Source: an uncultured Bacilli bacterium (lineage in GTDB: Bacteria; Bacillota_I; Bacilli_A; RF39; UBA660). From it: DNA of 45,110 bases. A model generated the notes under the pieces. The model saw nothing but the letters and a program-made list of their open reading frames with translations, had not been told where the DNA came from and did no database searches. Positions within the stretch are counted from its first letter, which is position 1. Each line of letters begins with the position of its first letter. The stretch spans positions 1 to 45,110 of the forward strand of contig CAJUJA010000004.1 in the NCBI GenBank assembly GCA_910586635.1, read 5' to 3'. Position numbers and translations under genes: made by a program. Positions 25,517 through 35,742 of the stretch are shown piece by piece.

Positions 25517-26701
25517 TTACCTATTTTGTACTAATTCTAAGGTATCCTTTGCAATCATTAATTCCTCATCTGTTGGAATTGCATAGACTAAAACAGATGA
25601 ATCATCAGTACTAATCTTTCTAATCTCACCTCTGGAGTTATTTGCACCCTCATCTAATTTAATACCAAGGCAAGATAATCTTTCTACTATTTTTCCTCTA
25701 ACATCTAAGCTATTTTCTCCTATACCCGCTGTAAATACAATCATATCTGCTCCCTCTAGTAGTACATAGTATTCGGCAATATAGGCAACTACTCTTCTTA
25801 TAAATATTTCTTGGGCAAGCAAGCATTGACTGTTTCCTTCACTAATTCCTTTAGAAATATCTCTAAAGTCAGAACTAGTTTCACTTACTCCTAATAAACC
25901 TGAAATTTTATTTAAATCATCAATTATTTCAGAGGCATTTTTTCCTTCTTTTTCCATAATGTGTGGAATAATAGATGGATCAATATCTCCAGATCTAGTT
26001 CCCATCATAATACCTGCTAATGGAGTAAATCCCATAGTGGTATCTATGGACTCTCCATTCTTAATTGCACAAATAGAGCCACCGCTACCTAAGTGGCAAC
26101 TAATTACTTTAATATCTTCTCTTCCTAAAATTTCTTTTGCCTTAGACGCTATAAATCTATGGCTTGTTCCATGAAACCCATATTTTCTAATTTTATAATC
26201 ACGGTACCAAGCATAAGGGATAGGATACAGGTATCTTTCCTTTGTCATCGTTTGATGGAATGCTGTATCAAAAACAGCAACCATTGGTATATTAGGCAAC
26301 ACTTCTTTAAAAGCCTGAATTCCTAATAAGCCAGCGGGATTGTGCAGAGGTGCTAAATCCTTGAATGATTCAATATCACTAATTACCTCATCTGTAATGA
26401 TTACCGATTTATTGTATTTATCCCCACCTTGTACTACACGATGTCCAACTCCGTCAATTTCATCTAGTGATGAAATAATATTTAGATCAACTAGCTTTTC
26501 TAATAAAATGTTAACCGCATCTGTGTGATTTTCTAATTTAATTTCCTCTGTTATCTTCTCTCCGTTATATTTAATGGTATATAAACTACCTTCAATTCCA
26601 ATTCGTTCAAACAGTCCACTAGCAAGCACTTTTTCATTATCCATGTCAAAAATTTGAAATTTCAAAGAACTACTTCCTGCATTAATTGATATAATTTTCA
26701 T
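25517..26701 (-). CDS. ackA: acetate kinase
   Basis: MKIISINAGSSSLKFQIF, GHRVVQGG, LAPLHNP, FDTAFHQTM, YGFHGTSH, ISCHLGSGGSICA, FTAGIGENS: acetate/propionate kinase signatures throughout. Confidence 0.95.
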   Translation of the reverse strand: MKIISINAGSSSLKFQIFDMDNEKVLASGLFERIGIEGSLYTIKYNGEKITEEIKLENHTDAVNILLEKLVDLNIISSLDEIDGVGHRVVQGGDKYNKSVIITDEVISDIESFKDLAPLHNPAGLLGIQAFKEVLPNIPMVAVFDTAFHQTMTKERYLYPIPYAWYRDYKIRKYGFHGTSHRFIASKAKEILGREDIKVISCHLGSGGSICAIKNGESIDTTMGFTPLAGIMMGTRSGDIDPSIIPHIMEKEGKNASEIIDDLNKISGLLGVSETSSDFRDISKGISEGNSQCLLAQEIFIRRVVAYIAEYYVLLEGADMIVFTAGIGENSLDVRGKIVERLSCLGIKLDEGANNSRGEIRKISTDDSSVLVYAIPTDEELMIAKDTLELVQNR

Positions 26702-26795
26702 CTAATCTCTCCTTCTAATTTATTATACTATAAATTTTATTTTTTTCCTATACTTATCATTCTCTTTTCCATCAGATAAATCACTACTATATATA

Positions 26796-27836
26796 CTAAT
26801 TCTTATTCTTTACCTTTTTATATTGCTTATATTTGGAAAATAATATAAAAATCAGTAGTAAAATCCCAACCATTATTACAAATAGATAAAAACTAATTCC
26901 TCTAGAAATAAGCATTGCACTACTAAGAATAGAAGCAGGAAAAAACAATTTAAATAAAATTACAAAACTCCCTTCACTTACTCCCATTGCCCCTGGAAAT
27001 GGTAAAAAAGCAACTCCTACATATAAAACAGCCTGCATAAATACAAAATCTATGATAGAATAAGTTCCTAATCCAAAGGATTTATATACAAAATAAGGAA
27101 TACTCTGATAAAAAAATAATTGAATAAACGAAACTAAAAAGGTTCGATAAATAATACCTTTATGTTGTTTTAGAAAAAGAGCACTCCTATGATAGTTTTT
27201 CATTTCATCTACTGCCTTGTCATAAAAACTTTGTGCTCCTTTAAAATGAAATTTATTTAAAATTTTATGAATGAAATTTAGTACTTTTATGGCAAGGTTC
27301 CTTGAAAACAATATAATAAAAAGAGAAGTGACTATAATGATATTAACAATAAATCCAATGAATAATAAATATTTAAGATTTCCCATCCCTATCAGTTTAT
27401 TAAAATTTAAAAGAACTCCTATTATTGCTAATACAGAACAAATTACCTGGAAGCTAAATAATTGAATAATAAGGGCAACTAAACAATCAGATATTGGTAA
27501 TTTATCTTTATTCATAAAATAAAGTTGTAGGGGCTGTCCTCCACTAGAAGAAGGAGTAATGGAACTAAAGAAAAACCCCACTAATGCATATTTTATTGTA
27601 TCTATTATTCTTATATTATGATCAAGACTTTTTAAAATTCTATATAAATTGAATCCTTCACAAAGGACAAATAAAAACATAATTAAAAATCCTATTAAAA
27701 TATATCTTATATCAACTGATCGAATATAATTCATTATTTGATTCATATCATTATTCCTTAACACAAAATAAAATGTTAAAAATATAACAAAAATAAATAA
27801 GAGTATATTAAAAATTCTTTTCTTTTTATTTCTCAT
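26796..27836 (-). CDS. flippase-like / lysylphosphatidylglycerol-synthase TM-region family membrane protein (UPF0104-like)
   Basis: Polytopic membrane protein with FSSITPSSSGGQPLQLYFM, a motif typical of the flippase-like (LPG_synthase_TM) family. Confidence 0.6.
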   Translation of the reverse strand: MRNKKKRIFNILLFIFVIFLTFYFVLRNNDMNQIMNYIRSVDIRYILIGFLIMFLFVLCEGFNLYRILKSLDHNIRIIDTIKYALVGFFFSSITPSSSGGQPLQLYFMNKDKLPISDCLVALIIQLFSFQVICSVLAIIGVLLNFNKLIGMGNLKYLLFIGFIVNIIIVTSLFIILFSRNLAIKVLNFIHKILNKFHFKGAQSFYDKAVDEMKNYHRSALFLKQHKGIIYRTFLVSFIQLFFYQSIPYFVYKSFGLGTYSIIDFVFMQAVLYVGVAFLPFPGAMGVSEGSFVILFKLFFPASILSSAMLISRGISFYLFVIMVGILLLIFILFSKYKQYKKVKNKN

Positions 27837-27987
27837 ACTACATACTACCTTTTCAAATGTATACTTTTAATAAATTATATCATATTTTTATTCATGATTC
27901 TAATTACATTTTTGTAATATAACTACTTGATTTTTTATCCTAAAACAAAAGATAGATCCGAAGATCTATCCTTTAAGCTATTTATAA

Positions 27988-28203
27988 TTAGTTATTTTGG
28001 TTATAGCTTCCACTTACTTGATTAAGTCCATTTTGAACTAAACGTCTAGTTATTTCACCACCAACTGATCCGTTTGCACGAGAAGTTGAATCTGCTCCTA
28101 AATTAACACCAAATTCATTAGCGATTTCGTATTTCATTTTATCGATAGCTTGTTTAGCTCCTGGAACTCTCATTTTCATACTTGATTTATTTGAGTTAGT
28201 CAT
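27988..28203 (-). CDS. small acid-soluble spore protein, alpha/beta type
   Basis: [57 protein letters not shown] carries both alpha/beta-SASP signatures (K.EIA.EFGV and [13 protein letters not shown]). ATG at 28203 follows an aggaggtga RBS. Confidence 0.92.
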   Translation of the reverse strand: MTNSNKSSMKMRVPGAKQAIDKMKYEIANEFGVNLGADSTSRANGSVGGEITRRLVQNGLNQVSGSYNQNN

Positions 28204-28276
28204 TATTTCACCTCCTACATTTATAGATTGCGAAATAATTTCCAAATAATACATAAATTCTATTGGTAATTTATAC

Positions 28277-29461
28277 CTATAATAAATCCTGAAAATCTAA
28301 TTTACTATCTTCTATTTTAATTGTATTTACTTCATGAATTGCTTTTTCAATTAATTTTTCATAATCTAAGTTTTGTTCGATTTTTAAGCATTCTTCTAAA
28401 TTGGGGTTAATTACAGGATGTTTTGGAACAAAAACAGTACAGCAATCTTCATATGGTAAGATGCTAATATCATAAGTATCAATTTTTCTAGCAATTTTAA
28501 TAATTTCTAATTTATCTAAACAAGATACTGGTCTAATAACAGGCATATTTGTAACTTGATTGATAACTGACATACTAGTTAAAGTTTGTGATGCAACTTG
28601 TCCAATAGATTCTCCATTTATGATTACTAATCCTTTTTGCCTTTTAGCTAACTTTTCCATAATCCGATACATCATTCTACGCATAATCGTAATACAGTAA
28701 GTTGGATTACTATTTTTATAAATAGCTTCTTGAATTCCAGTGAAATTAACAATATGTAAATTTATTTTATCTGTATACTTTACTAATTTCTTGGTAAGAT
28801 CCATTACCTTATTACGAGCTTCTAAACTGGTATGAGGAATCGCCTCAAAATATACTGCATCTATTTTAATTCCACGTTTCATAGCTAAATATCCAGCAAC
28901 AGGTGAGTCAATTCCACCACTTAACATAAGCATTCCCTTAGCCTGGGTTCCAACAGGATACCCTCCACATCCTTTATAACCATTGATATAGATATAAGTA
29001 TGGTAAGGTCTAATTTCTACCTTTACTAAAACATCAGGATGATGCACATCAACACTAATACCATCTATATTTTTTAAAATATAGGATCCTAAAATGGGAT
29101 TCATTTCTTGACTTGAAATTTCAAAGGTTTTATCACTTCTTTTTGTTTCTATTTTAAAAGTATGAAAGTCCTCTTTCTTTAAAATTTCTAGTAATATTTC
29201 TTTTATTTTATCAGTATTAGTATCTACAATATGTGCAATATGATACATATGAATCCCAAAGATATGATCCATAATATGCTTGATTTCTTCTAAGTCTTTA
29301 TCCTGGAATTCAATATACATTCTAGAAATATCTTTAGATATTTTAACATCATAATTTTTTAATTTATTTTTTATATTTTGATATAAAGTATTTACAAAAA
29401 AGTTTCTATTTCCTTTTTTTGTTGTTAACTCTCCATATTTAATTAAAATTATCTGATTCAT
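28277..29461 (-). CDS. thiI: tRNA 4-thiouridine(8) synthase ThiI
   Basis: [19 protein letters not shown] (ferredoxin-like/THUMP N-terminus), PP-loop [15 protein letters not shown] and [14 protein letters not shown]. Confidence 0.9.
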   Translation of the reverse strand: MNQIILIKYGELTTKKGNRNFFVNTLYQNIKNKLKNYDVKISKDISRMYIEFQDKDLEEIKHIMDHIFGIHMYHIAHIVDTNTDKIKEILLEILKKEDFHTFKIETKRSDKTFEISSQEMNPILGSYILKNIDGISVDVHHPDVLVKVEIRPYHTYIYINGYKGCGGYPVGTQAKGMLMLSGGIDSPVAGYLAMKRGIKIDAVYFEAIPHTSLEARNKVMDLTKKLVKYTDKINLHIVNFTGIQEAIYKNSNPTYCITIMRRMMYRIMEKLAKRQKGLVIINGESIGQVASQTLTSMSVINQVTNMPVIRPVSCLDKLEIIKIARKIDTYDISILPYEDCCTVFVPKHPVINPNLEECLKIEQNLDYEKLIEKAIHEVNTIKIEDSKLDFQDLL

Positions 29462-29542
29462 ATTAATCACCCCAAATACCTACTATAGTCTAACAAAACA
29501 TAAGTAGAAAAACAAGTATACTTACAAAAAAGAAATCTTAAA

Positions 29543-30160
29543 TTAGATTTCTTTCATTTTTTCCTTTGATCTATAAGAGATATGATTTACTACATTATAT
29601 TCTGTCGGAATCTCTTCAATTGTTTCATAAAAGGTTCCATGCTCTTTATTAAATAAATATAAGAACATATAATCTTCATAATATTCCTTTAATTGTAATT
29701 TATCTTCCACAATATAATTATATCCAATTTTTGTTTCTGCATTTTCAAGTTTTTCATCTTGCCATTTTCCTACTTTATATACAATCGCTTTTTTATCTTT
29801 ACTTTCCATGGTAATTAAATATTCTCCACATTTTAATGTTGCAGTAGTATCCTCTCCATTTAAAACAACTCTAGATTCATAAATATCGCAAGTTTCTTTT
29901 CTTTTAAAGGGATTTGTAACGTCCTTTACTATTTTTTCATCAATTAACTCTTTTAGAGAAACTGTCGAATTATCACTAATTTCCATTTGATATAAGGTAT
30001 TACTAGTTGCAAGATTGGTAATACTAGTTTTTAGAGTACGAAAATTTTCATTTTCTATCCCTCTTAAAATTAAAATTAGTATAAATGACGCTACTGCTAC
30101 AAATGCAATTACAAATATTAATACTTCAAATAATGTTTTTCCTTTATTATTATTTATCAT
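29543..30160 (-). CDS. membrane-anchored protein with prepilin-like N-terminus
   Basis: MINNNKGKTLFEVLIFVIAFVAVASFILILIL resembles a class III (prepilin) signal: basic residue, G, then a hydrophobic helix with Glu at +5 (G|KTLFE). The rest is unrecognised. It overlaps the ezrA stop by 11 nt. Confidence 0.45.
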   Translation of the reverse strand: MINNNKGKTLFEVLIFVIAFVAVASFILILILRGIENENFRTLKTSITNLATSNTLYQMEISDNSTVSLKELIDEKIVKDVTNPFKRKETCDIYESRVVLNGEDTTATLKCGEYLITMESKDKKAIVYKVGKWQDEKLENAETKIGYNYIVEDKLQLKEYYEDYMFLYLFNKEHGTFYETIEEIPTEYNVVNHISYRSKEKMKEI

Positions 30161-31865
30161 ATATTGCTAACATCCTTCCATACATATTTTCATCTACTAA
30201 TGTACAAGTCTTTAATACGATATCTAAAGACTCCTTATATTTTCCTTTATTAAAGTACTGTTCTGCTTCATTTAACCCATTTTCTACTTCATCATAATAT
30301 GGGCGGTATCTATTTCCATAGATCATAGATTTTTCTGCTAATTTTGCTGTTTTTATCATTTCATTTGTAGTGTTATATAGTTTCAAAACTAAATCTCTTG
30401 CTGTATCTACCCTTGTATTGAGAGTTTTAATAACAATTGGTTTTCTCTCAAGTTCTTTAATAACCTCTTTAATGGCTTCATTTGCTTCTTTTAACTCTAC
30501 AAAATAATTATCTGTGATAATAGGTAATTTATAACTACGCATCTTTTGTTTAGATTGATTTAAGAACTTTTCAATCTCTTCTAATTGTTCACGGGCCCTT
30601 ACTTCGTCATCATGCATATTTCCGAGTGATTTTAAGGCAATATCTAAATCCTCTTCCATCAATTTTAACCGGTAGGTCAAATCTTCAATTTCCTTATGTA
30701 ACATAGAATACGGTGAAGAGGTTGCTCCAACTTTTCCTATAATATTTTTATAATCATCATTAATAACCACTAAGGTTTTTCTGACATCATGAATAATTTT
30801 AATATCTTCTTCATTTAAGTCATACATTCTTTTAATATCATCCAATTGCTTGTAGATATCCTCTACCACTTTATTTGTTTTATTTAATTTTCTGCTAAAA
30901 TCTTTTTCAACTTCTTCATAGACTTTTCTACTTAATCTTTCCTTTTCAAAATCTACAAATAGCGAGTCAAAGTAATCTAAAATAGTTTTTAATTCAAACA
31001 TACAGTCTTCCAAATTCAAAAGTTTTACTTTGTCAAAAATTTTATTTATATTCTTTTTCGATTCTTCGATATTATACTCCAAATTTAAATATTCTAATGG
31101 ATAGCCTTCTTTTGTTAATTCCTCAGCTGCTGATTGAATTTCTTTAATCCTTTTTGGGAGTAATTGTTTAATCATTAATAATAAGTCAGGGGTTTCTTCT
31201 ACTACAATATTTATATGATCAATCATCATGTCTAAGGCTTTGACAATATGCACTACTTCGTTATAATCGTTTTTTTCCATTACCTTTTCAAAGTCTAAAA
31301 AGTTTTTCTCAATATTCTCTAATTGTAATTCAATTTCATCCTGCATTTCTTCATACAAATTTTTATGATCTTGATACTCTTTATTTATTTTTCTATATTT
31401 TGTTTTTAGCTTAATAACAATACTTCGATATTTTTCTTCACTTAAAGTAATTTCCTTGATTTCCTCTAGTAAATGTTCAGCAGAAGATTTGGCCTTATAA
31501 ATTTCTAATTCAACTTTTGCTATTTTATAAGTACAGTTCTTAAAGTCACGTTTTTCTATATAGGTATCTAAATCAATCAAAAGATCATCAATGATAGATA
31601 TTTTATTTTCCTTAATAAAAATAAACCTCTCTTGCCATTTATGATACTTCTCCTCCATTGCTTCATTTTTTAATAGTGGTTCTATCTTGGATAATTCTAA
31701 TAGTACAGGAGTTCCCGTAATCAAATTCTTATTATATTCTAGGTCATTAGCAATATCTATGAATTTTTTCTTTTCTGTTTTTCTGATAAAAAGTAAACAA
31801 AGAACAACTATAATAATACAAATTAAAACTACTGTAGTAATCACTAATATTTGTCCATTCATCAT
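30150..31865 (-). CDS. ezrA: septation ring formation regulator EzrA
   Basis: A single N-terminal TM (ILVITTVVLICIIIVVLCLLFI) is followed by about 540 aa of coiled-coil/spectrin-like repeats. Size, topology and the thiI-sspA neighbourhood match EzrA. Confidence 0.85.
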   Translation of the reverse strand: MMNGQILVITTVVLICIIIVVLCLLFIRKTEKKKFIDIANDLEYNKNLITGTPVLLELSKIEPLLKNEAMEEKYHKWQERFIFIKENKISIIDDLLIDLDTYIEKRDFKNCTYKIAKVELEIYKAKSSAEHLLEEIKEITLSEEKYRSIVIKLKTKYRKINKEYQDHKNLYEEMQDEIELQLENIEKNFLDFEKVMEKNDYNEVVHIVKALDMMIDHINIVVEETPDLLLMIKQLLPKRIKEIQSAAEELTKEGYPLEYLNLEYNIEESKKNINKIFDKVKLLNLEDCMFELKTILDYFDSLFVDFEKERLSRKVYEEVEKDFSRKLNKTNKVVEDIYKQLDDIKRMYDLNEEDIKIIHDVRKTLVVINDDYKNIIGKVGATSSPYSMLHKEIEDLTYRLKLMEEDLDIALKSLGNMHDDEVRAREQLEEIEKFLNQSKQKMRSYKLPIITDNYFVELKEANEAIKEVIKELERKPIVIKTLNTRVDTARDLVLKLYNTTNEMIKTAKLAEKSMIYGNRYRPYYDEVENGLNEAEQYFNKGKYKESLDIVLKTCTLVDENMYGRMLAIYDK

Positions 31866-32087
31866 TACACCTCTTATCTTATAAAATATTTTATCACAAG
31901 TTGGACCTATTTTTCCACAAATTTCACAAATTTTAATAAAAATCTGGTATTTAAATCAGTGAGTCCCTCCCTTTCATGTCTCTATCTTTTATTTATTTGT
32001 TTTTTCAATCAGTTCTCTTACTTTTTCCTATATGCCTTAGACTACTTTTATAACATTAGTTAAATTAAACATTCAATCAACAAAGTC

Positions 32088-32116
32088 TTGACTATCACAT
32101 ATAATTTTTATATAAT
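32088..32116 (+). promoter_or_regulatory. near-consensus sigmaA promoter of rpsD
   Basis: TTGACT (32088-32093), 17-nt spacer, TATAAT (32111-32116). Confidence 0.65.
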
Positions 32117-32122
32117 TAATAC

Positions 32123-32270
32123 TGCATATTGACTTAGATGGCAGATTTAGAGGTTTTTAATGTGTTTTTCAAAAGGTTAGTAGCCGTTGCCATTAGGTGA
32201 AGGAAAACTCCCTAACAATCGACTAAATCACTTTAAGCATTTATGTAATATTAGATGAAAGGAGAATTAG
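32123..32270 (+). promoter_or_regulatory. long rpsD 5' leader (candidate S4 autoregulatory leader)
   Basis: About 150 nt of untranslated leader lies between the promoter and the aggagaa RBS. In Bacillus subtilis rpsD is autoregulated through its leader. No structure was computed here. Confidence 0.35.
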
Positions 32271-32873
32271 ATGTCAAGATATACTGGATCAGAGTTCAAA
32301 AGAGCTCGTCGTGTTGGGTTTTCTATTTCTGAGACTGGAAAAGAATTAGCTCGCCGTCCATATGGACCTGGACAACATGGTAATGCCCGTAAAGGAAAAT
32401 TATCTGACTATGGTGTTCAATTAAAAGAAAAGCAAAAGGTTAGATTCATGTATGGTCTTAGCGAAAAACAATTTAGAAAAACATTTGATGATGCTGCTAA
32501 AATTAAGGGTATCCATGGTACTAACTTTCTACGCCTACTAGAGTCAAGACTAGATAATTTAGTTTATCGTATCGGCTTTGCATCAACTAGACGTGGTGCT
32601 AGACAATTAGTTAATCATGGTCATGTTACTGTTAATGGTAGGAAAGTTGATATTCCATCTTATAGAGTAAAAGTTGGAGATATCATTTCACTAAAAGATA
32701 AAGACAAAGAACTTAAAGTGGTTACAGAATCTTTATCAAAAGTTAATAGACGTGTAGAGTTTATCTCATATGATGATAAAAAACTTGAAGGCACGTATGT
32801 AAGATTGCCTGAAAGAAACGAACTTAATGCTGATATTAATGAGTCACTAATTGTTGAATTCTATAATAAGTAA
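32271..32873 (+). CDS. rpsD: 30S ribosomal protein S4
   Basis: [19 protein letters not shown]...[23 protein letters not shown]...[48 protein letters not shown]: full-length S4 with an S4 RNA-binding domain. Confidence 0.97.
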   Translation: MSRYTGSEFKRARRVGFSISETGKELARRPYGPGQHGNARKGKLSDYGVQLKEKQKVRFMYGLSEKQFRKTFDDAAKIKGIHGTNFLRLLESRLDNLVYRIGFASTRRGARQLVNHGHVTVNGRKVDIPSYRVKVGDIISLKDKDKELKVVTESLSKVNRRVEFISYDDKKLEGTYVRLPERNELNADINESLIVEFYNK

Positions 32874-32898
32874 AAAAACTCCTTTTTGGAGTTTTTTT
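32873..32898. terminator. bidirectional rho-independent terminator between rpsD and the convergent gene
   Basis: AAAAACTCC-tttt-GGAGTTTTT, with T-runs usable on both strands. Confidence 0.8.
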
Positions 32899-32915
32899 AC
32901 TTATATCACTTATTT

Positions 32916-34139
32916 TTATAAACCCGTTCCAATTAATTTTCCTGCTTTACTATAAACAATAAATTTAGGAAGATAATTCTTCTTGTCATAAGTGGAATAA
33001 CCACTAATAAGATAACGATTATCCATTTGTTTAATATCTGTAAAATAATCATCTATTTCATTTTCATATTCTACAATCTTTAGCTCTTTTAAATCTCTAT
33101 TATATTTTGCAAAGATTCCATTATATTGAAAGACCATCATATCGTCCGTTGATTTTTCCTTATTATAAATTCCAGTTTGACCTGATATTACTAAGTTGTC
33201 TTGATCTTTAATCACTTTATTATATCGTTCTTTACCTTTTCCTTTATAGGTTGCTTCCTTTACTAAGTGACAATCCGCATCATACTCTACTATAAGAGAA
33301 TCCGTATCATAATCCGTTTTATCTTTCCCTACTTTTTTGGCTCCTACTACAAATAGCTGGTTATCTACTGTTGTGATGCCTGTAAAACCAAAACTATCTG
33401 TAGCCTCATAATTCTCTGTGGTGATTTTATTTCCTTCTAAATCGTATTTTGAAATAATTCCTATATTAGAGGCGTCCTTTCCTACCGTGTATATATTACC
33501 ATCTAGTATTAGTAAATCATTATAGATTCCTGACTTAGAGCCCCCGTAATTACTCCTCCAAACTTCGTTTAATTCCTTATCATATTTAATTAAGATAGCT
33601 CCCCCTTCATCGGATAATCCTAAAGTCATATTCTCATAAATACTCTGCCCTACTACTAAATAGCCATCTTCTAATACCAATAGGTTCATAAATTTCGAGT
33701 TCCCCAATACTTGAAAATCATTTTCATAAAGAATTTCTCCATTATTATCATATTTCACAATTAACGCAGATCGAGTCTTATTTCTATGTTCATCTTTAGT
33801 AGATTCATAATTTCCTACTGCAATATAATTATCCTTATCCTTTTTCACTCCAAAGAAACTACTGTTATACCCTTTGTTATAAAATTTTTCCCAAATCTTC
33901 TTCTGTTCTCTATCATACTTTGTAATCTTAGCCTTTTCCTGTCTTTTATCATTATTGTTATTACTTCCTACAGAAATAATATCAGAATCCATAACTTCAA
34001 ACGAATTAATACTATCAAAATATGATTTATCTTTTTTCATTACTTTTTCTGTATAGATAATAACAACTAAATCAATAATCAAAATAATAAAACAAATAAT
34101 TACAGTATATTTCATTATTCTTTTTAATCTACTACTCAT
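32916..34139 (-). CDS. membrane-anchored repeat protein (probable beta-propeller), unknown function
   Basis: N-terminal TM (YTVIICFIILIIDLVVIIY), then about 6-7 repeats of roughly 45-55 aa of the form ..Y.VG......D..IvKYD..G...w (IAVGNYE...LIVKYDNNGEILYE; LVVGQSI...ILIKYDKELNEVWRS; IYTVGKD...IISKYDLEGNKI; LFVVGAK...LIVEYDADCHLV). It starts 13 nt after the tyrS stop. Confidence 0.55.
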   Translation of the reverse strand: MSSRLKRIMKYTVIICFIILIIDLVVIIYTEKVMKKDKSYFDSINSFEVMDSDIISVGSNNNNDKRQEKAKITKYDREQKKIWEKFYNKGYNSSFFGVKKDKDNYIAVGNYESTKDEHRNKTRSALIVKYDNNGEILYENDFQVLGNSKFMNLLVLEDGYLVVGQSIYENMTLGLSDEGGAILIKYDKELNEVWRSNYGGSKSGIYNDLLILDGNIYTVGKDASNIGIISKYDLEGNKITTENYEATDSFGFTGITTVDNQLFVVGAKKVGKDKTDYDTDSLIVEYDADCHLVKEATYKGKGKERYNKVIKDQDNLVISGQTGIYNKEKSTDDMMVFQYNGIFAKYNRDLKELKIVEYENEIDDYFTDIKQMDNRYLISGYSTYDKKNYLPKFIVYSKAGKLIGTGL

Positions 34140-34152
34140 AAAGTCAACACCT

Positions 34153-35385
34153 CTACTTAAATTTTATAATATAATACTTCTTTTTCCCACGGCGTATTAC
34201 TATATATTTCTGTTCTATTGCAACACTTTTTGTGATTTTAAACTCTGTATCTGTGATCTTATTTCCATTTACACTTATAGAATTCCCTCCCAGTAATTGG
34301 CGTGCTTCTCTTTTACTAGAGCAAATTTTCGCTTCTATTAATAACTCTACAATATTTTTTTCGTAATCTATCTCATAAGGAGTTATCCCTTTAAATGCCA
34401 TTTCAATTTCTAATCCACTTAATTTAGAAATTTCTCCATTAAATAGTGCTTCGCTAATTTCTACTGCTTGATTATATTCCACTTCTCCGTGTAAAAATGT
34501 AATTACTTCTTTTGCTAGAGTCTTTTGAGCAATTCTTTGTTCAGGTTGTTTTCCATGTTCTTCTAATATATTTTCTATTTCCTCTTTTGATAAGAAAGTA
34601 TAAACTTTTAAATAGTTTTCCATCATGCCATCTTCAAAGTTAATTAGAAATTGATATAATTCATAACTAGATGTTTTCTCTTTATCTAACCACAAGGCAT
34701 TTCCCTCACTCTTTCCAATCTTCTTTCCAGTCGAGTCAAGTGTTAGTGGACAGGAAAATGCATATACTTCTTCATCATTTAATTTCCTAATTAATTCAAT
34801 ACCAGTAGTTAGATTTCCCCATTGATCAGACCCACCAAATTGTAGGGTTGCTCCATAATGATCATGGATATATTTAAAATCATATCCTTGAATTAGCATA
34901 TAAGAAAACTCTGCATAAGAAATTCCTGATTCCATTTGCCTTTTTACCAAATCCTTATTAACCATGTAAGACACATTAATATATTTACCAACATCCCTTA
35001 AAAAATCAATGTAATTATAGTTTTGAAACCAATCGTAGTTATTCACTACTAAGGTATCTTCGCCAAATAGTTGTTTCATTTGTTTCTTTATCTTTAAAAA
35101 GTTATTTTCTACTACTCTCACGTCAGATTTTTCTCTTTCTTTGGTACCTCTAGGATCTCCAACACGACCTGTTGCACCTCCAACTAAGATAATTGGTTTG
35201 TGTCCAGCTTTTTTTAATCTTTCCACAACTAAGAAAGTGGGAAGCTGTCCAATGTGCAAACTGTCCGCTGAGGGATCTGCACCAATATAGAAAGTTAAAC
35301 CTCCTTGATTTAATTTATCTGCGATATCATCTCCTGCTGTATCCTTAATTAAACCCCTCCATTTTAAGTCTTCAAATAACTTCAC
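34153..35385 (-). CDS. tyrS: tyrosine--tRNA ligase
   Basis: MKLFEDLKWRGLIKD, HIGH-type motif DSLHIGQL, GGSDQWGN, KMSKS-type KIGKSEGN, and a C-terminal S4-like domain (SKREARQLLGGNSISVNGNKI). Confidence 0.95.
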   Translation of the reverse strand: MKLFEDLKWRGLIKDTAGDDIADKLNQGGLTFYIGADPSADSLHIGQLPTFLVVERLKKAGHKPIILVGGATGRVGDPRGTKEREKSDVRVVENNFLKIKKQMKQLFGEDTLVVNNYDWFQNYNYIDFLRDVGKYINVSYMVNKDLVKRQMESGISYAEFSYMLIQGYDFKYIHDHYGATLQFGGSDQWGNLTTGIELIRKLNDEEVYAFSCPLTLDSTGKKIGKSEGNALWLDKEKTSSYELYQFLINFEDGMMENYLKVYTFLSKEEIENILEEHGKQPEQRIAQKTLAKEVITFLHGEVEYNQAVEISEALFNGEISKLSGLEIEMAFKGITPYEIDYEKNIVELLIEAKICSSKREARQLLGGNSISVNGNKITDTEFKITKSVAIEQKYIVIRRGKKKYYIIKFK

Positions 35386-35690
35386 TTTAAATTCCTCCTC
35401 TAATTTTATCGTAAATATCCATAATTTAAATATATTCTATCAAAATATCATGTAGTAGTATAACTTTAAATAATTTTTCTTAAAATAAAAAACCACTCCC
35501 CATCTAAGGACGAATAGTTTCCGTGGTACCACCTTAATTCATAGACTATGCTATGCACTTTATCGTTTTAACGCAACTAACGTTTTTTCTCATAATTTGT
35601 ATTTCATATTACTAAATATCTTAGTTTTCACCGTCCACTAAGTCTCTAAAACTATTTATTAATACTACTTATGATTAATCATAGAAAAAT
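35386..35690 (-). promoter_or_regulatory. T-box riboswitch leader of tyrS (Tyr specifier UAC)
   Basis: Minus strand has AATTAAGGTGGTACCACGG (35539-35521), matching the conserved T-box AAnnAGGGTGGTACCGCG. Upstream lie an AGAGA GA-motif and AGTGGACGGTGAAA stem I loop elements. GAAA-UAC-A (UAC at 35601-35599) is a specifier-loop-like context. The leader ends in a T-run (GGTTTTTTATTTT). TATAAT-like hexamers occur at 35699-35689. Confidence 0.8.
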
Positions 35691-35742
35691 TATATTATAA
35701 ATATAACATACTTCTATTTATTTGAAAAGATTTATTCTTACT

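Noticed and set aside
26702-26795. CcpA cre site upstream of ackA
   Set aside because: No sequence with the central CG and flanking TG..CA symmetry of the cre consensus was found by eye. Only a TATAAT-like -10 element is visible.
28204-28276. SigmaG-type promoter (GTATT, 17 nt, CAATCTA at 28252-28224) upstream of the SASP gene
   Set aside because: The -10-like hexamer would place the transcription start inside the RBS (28211-28217). The match to GnATR/CATnnTA is imperfect, and alternative placements were no better by eye.
31851-32063. 70-aa plus-strand ORF in the ezrA-rpsD intergenic region
   Set aside because: It starts inside ezrA antisense sequence. The translation is F/Y/S/L-rich and low complexity, with no RBS. 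The region is better explained as divergent promoter space (the rpsD promoter lies at 32088-32116).
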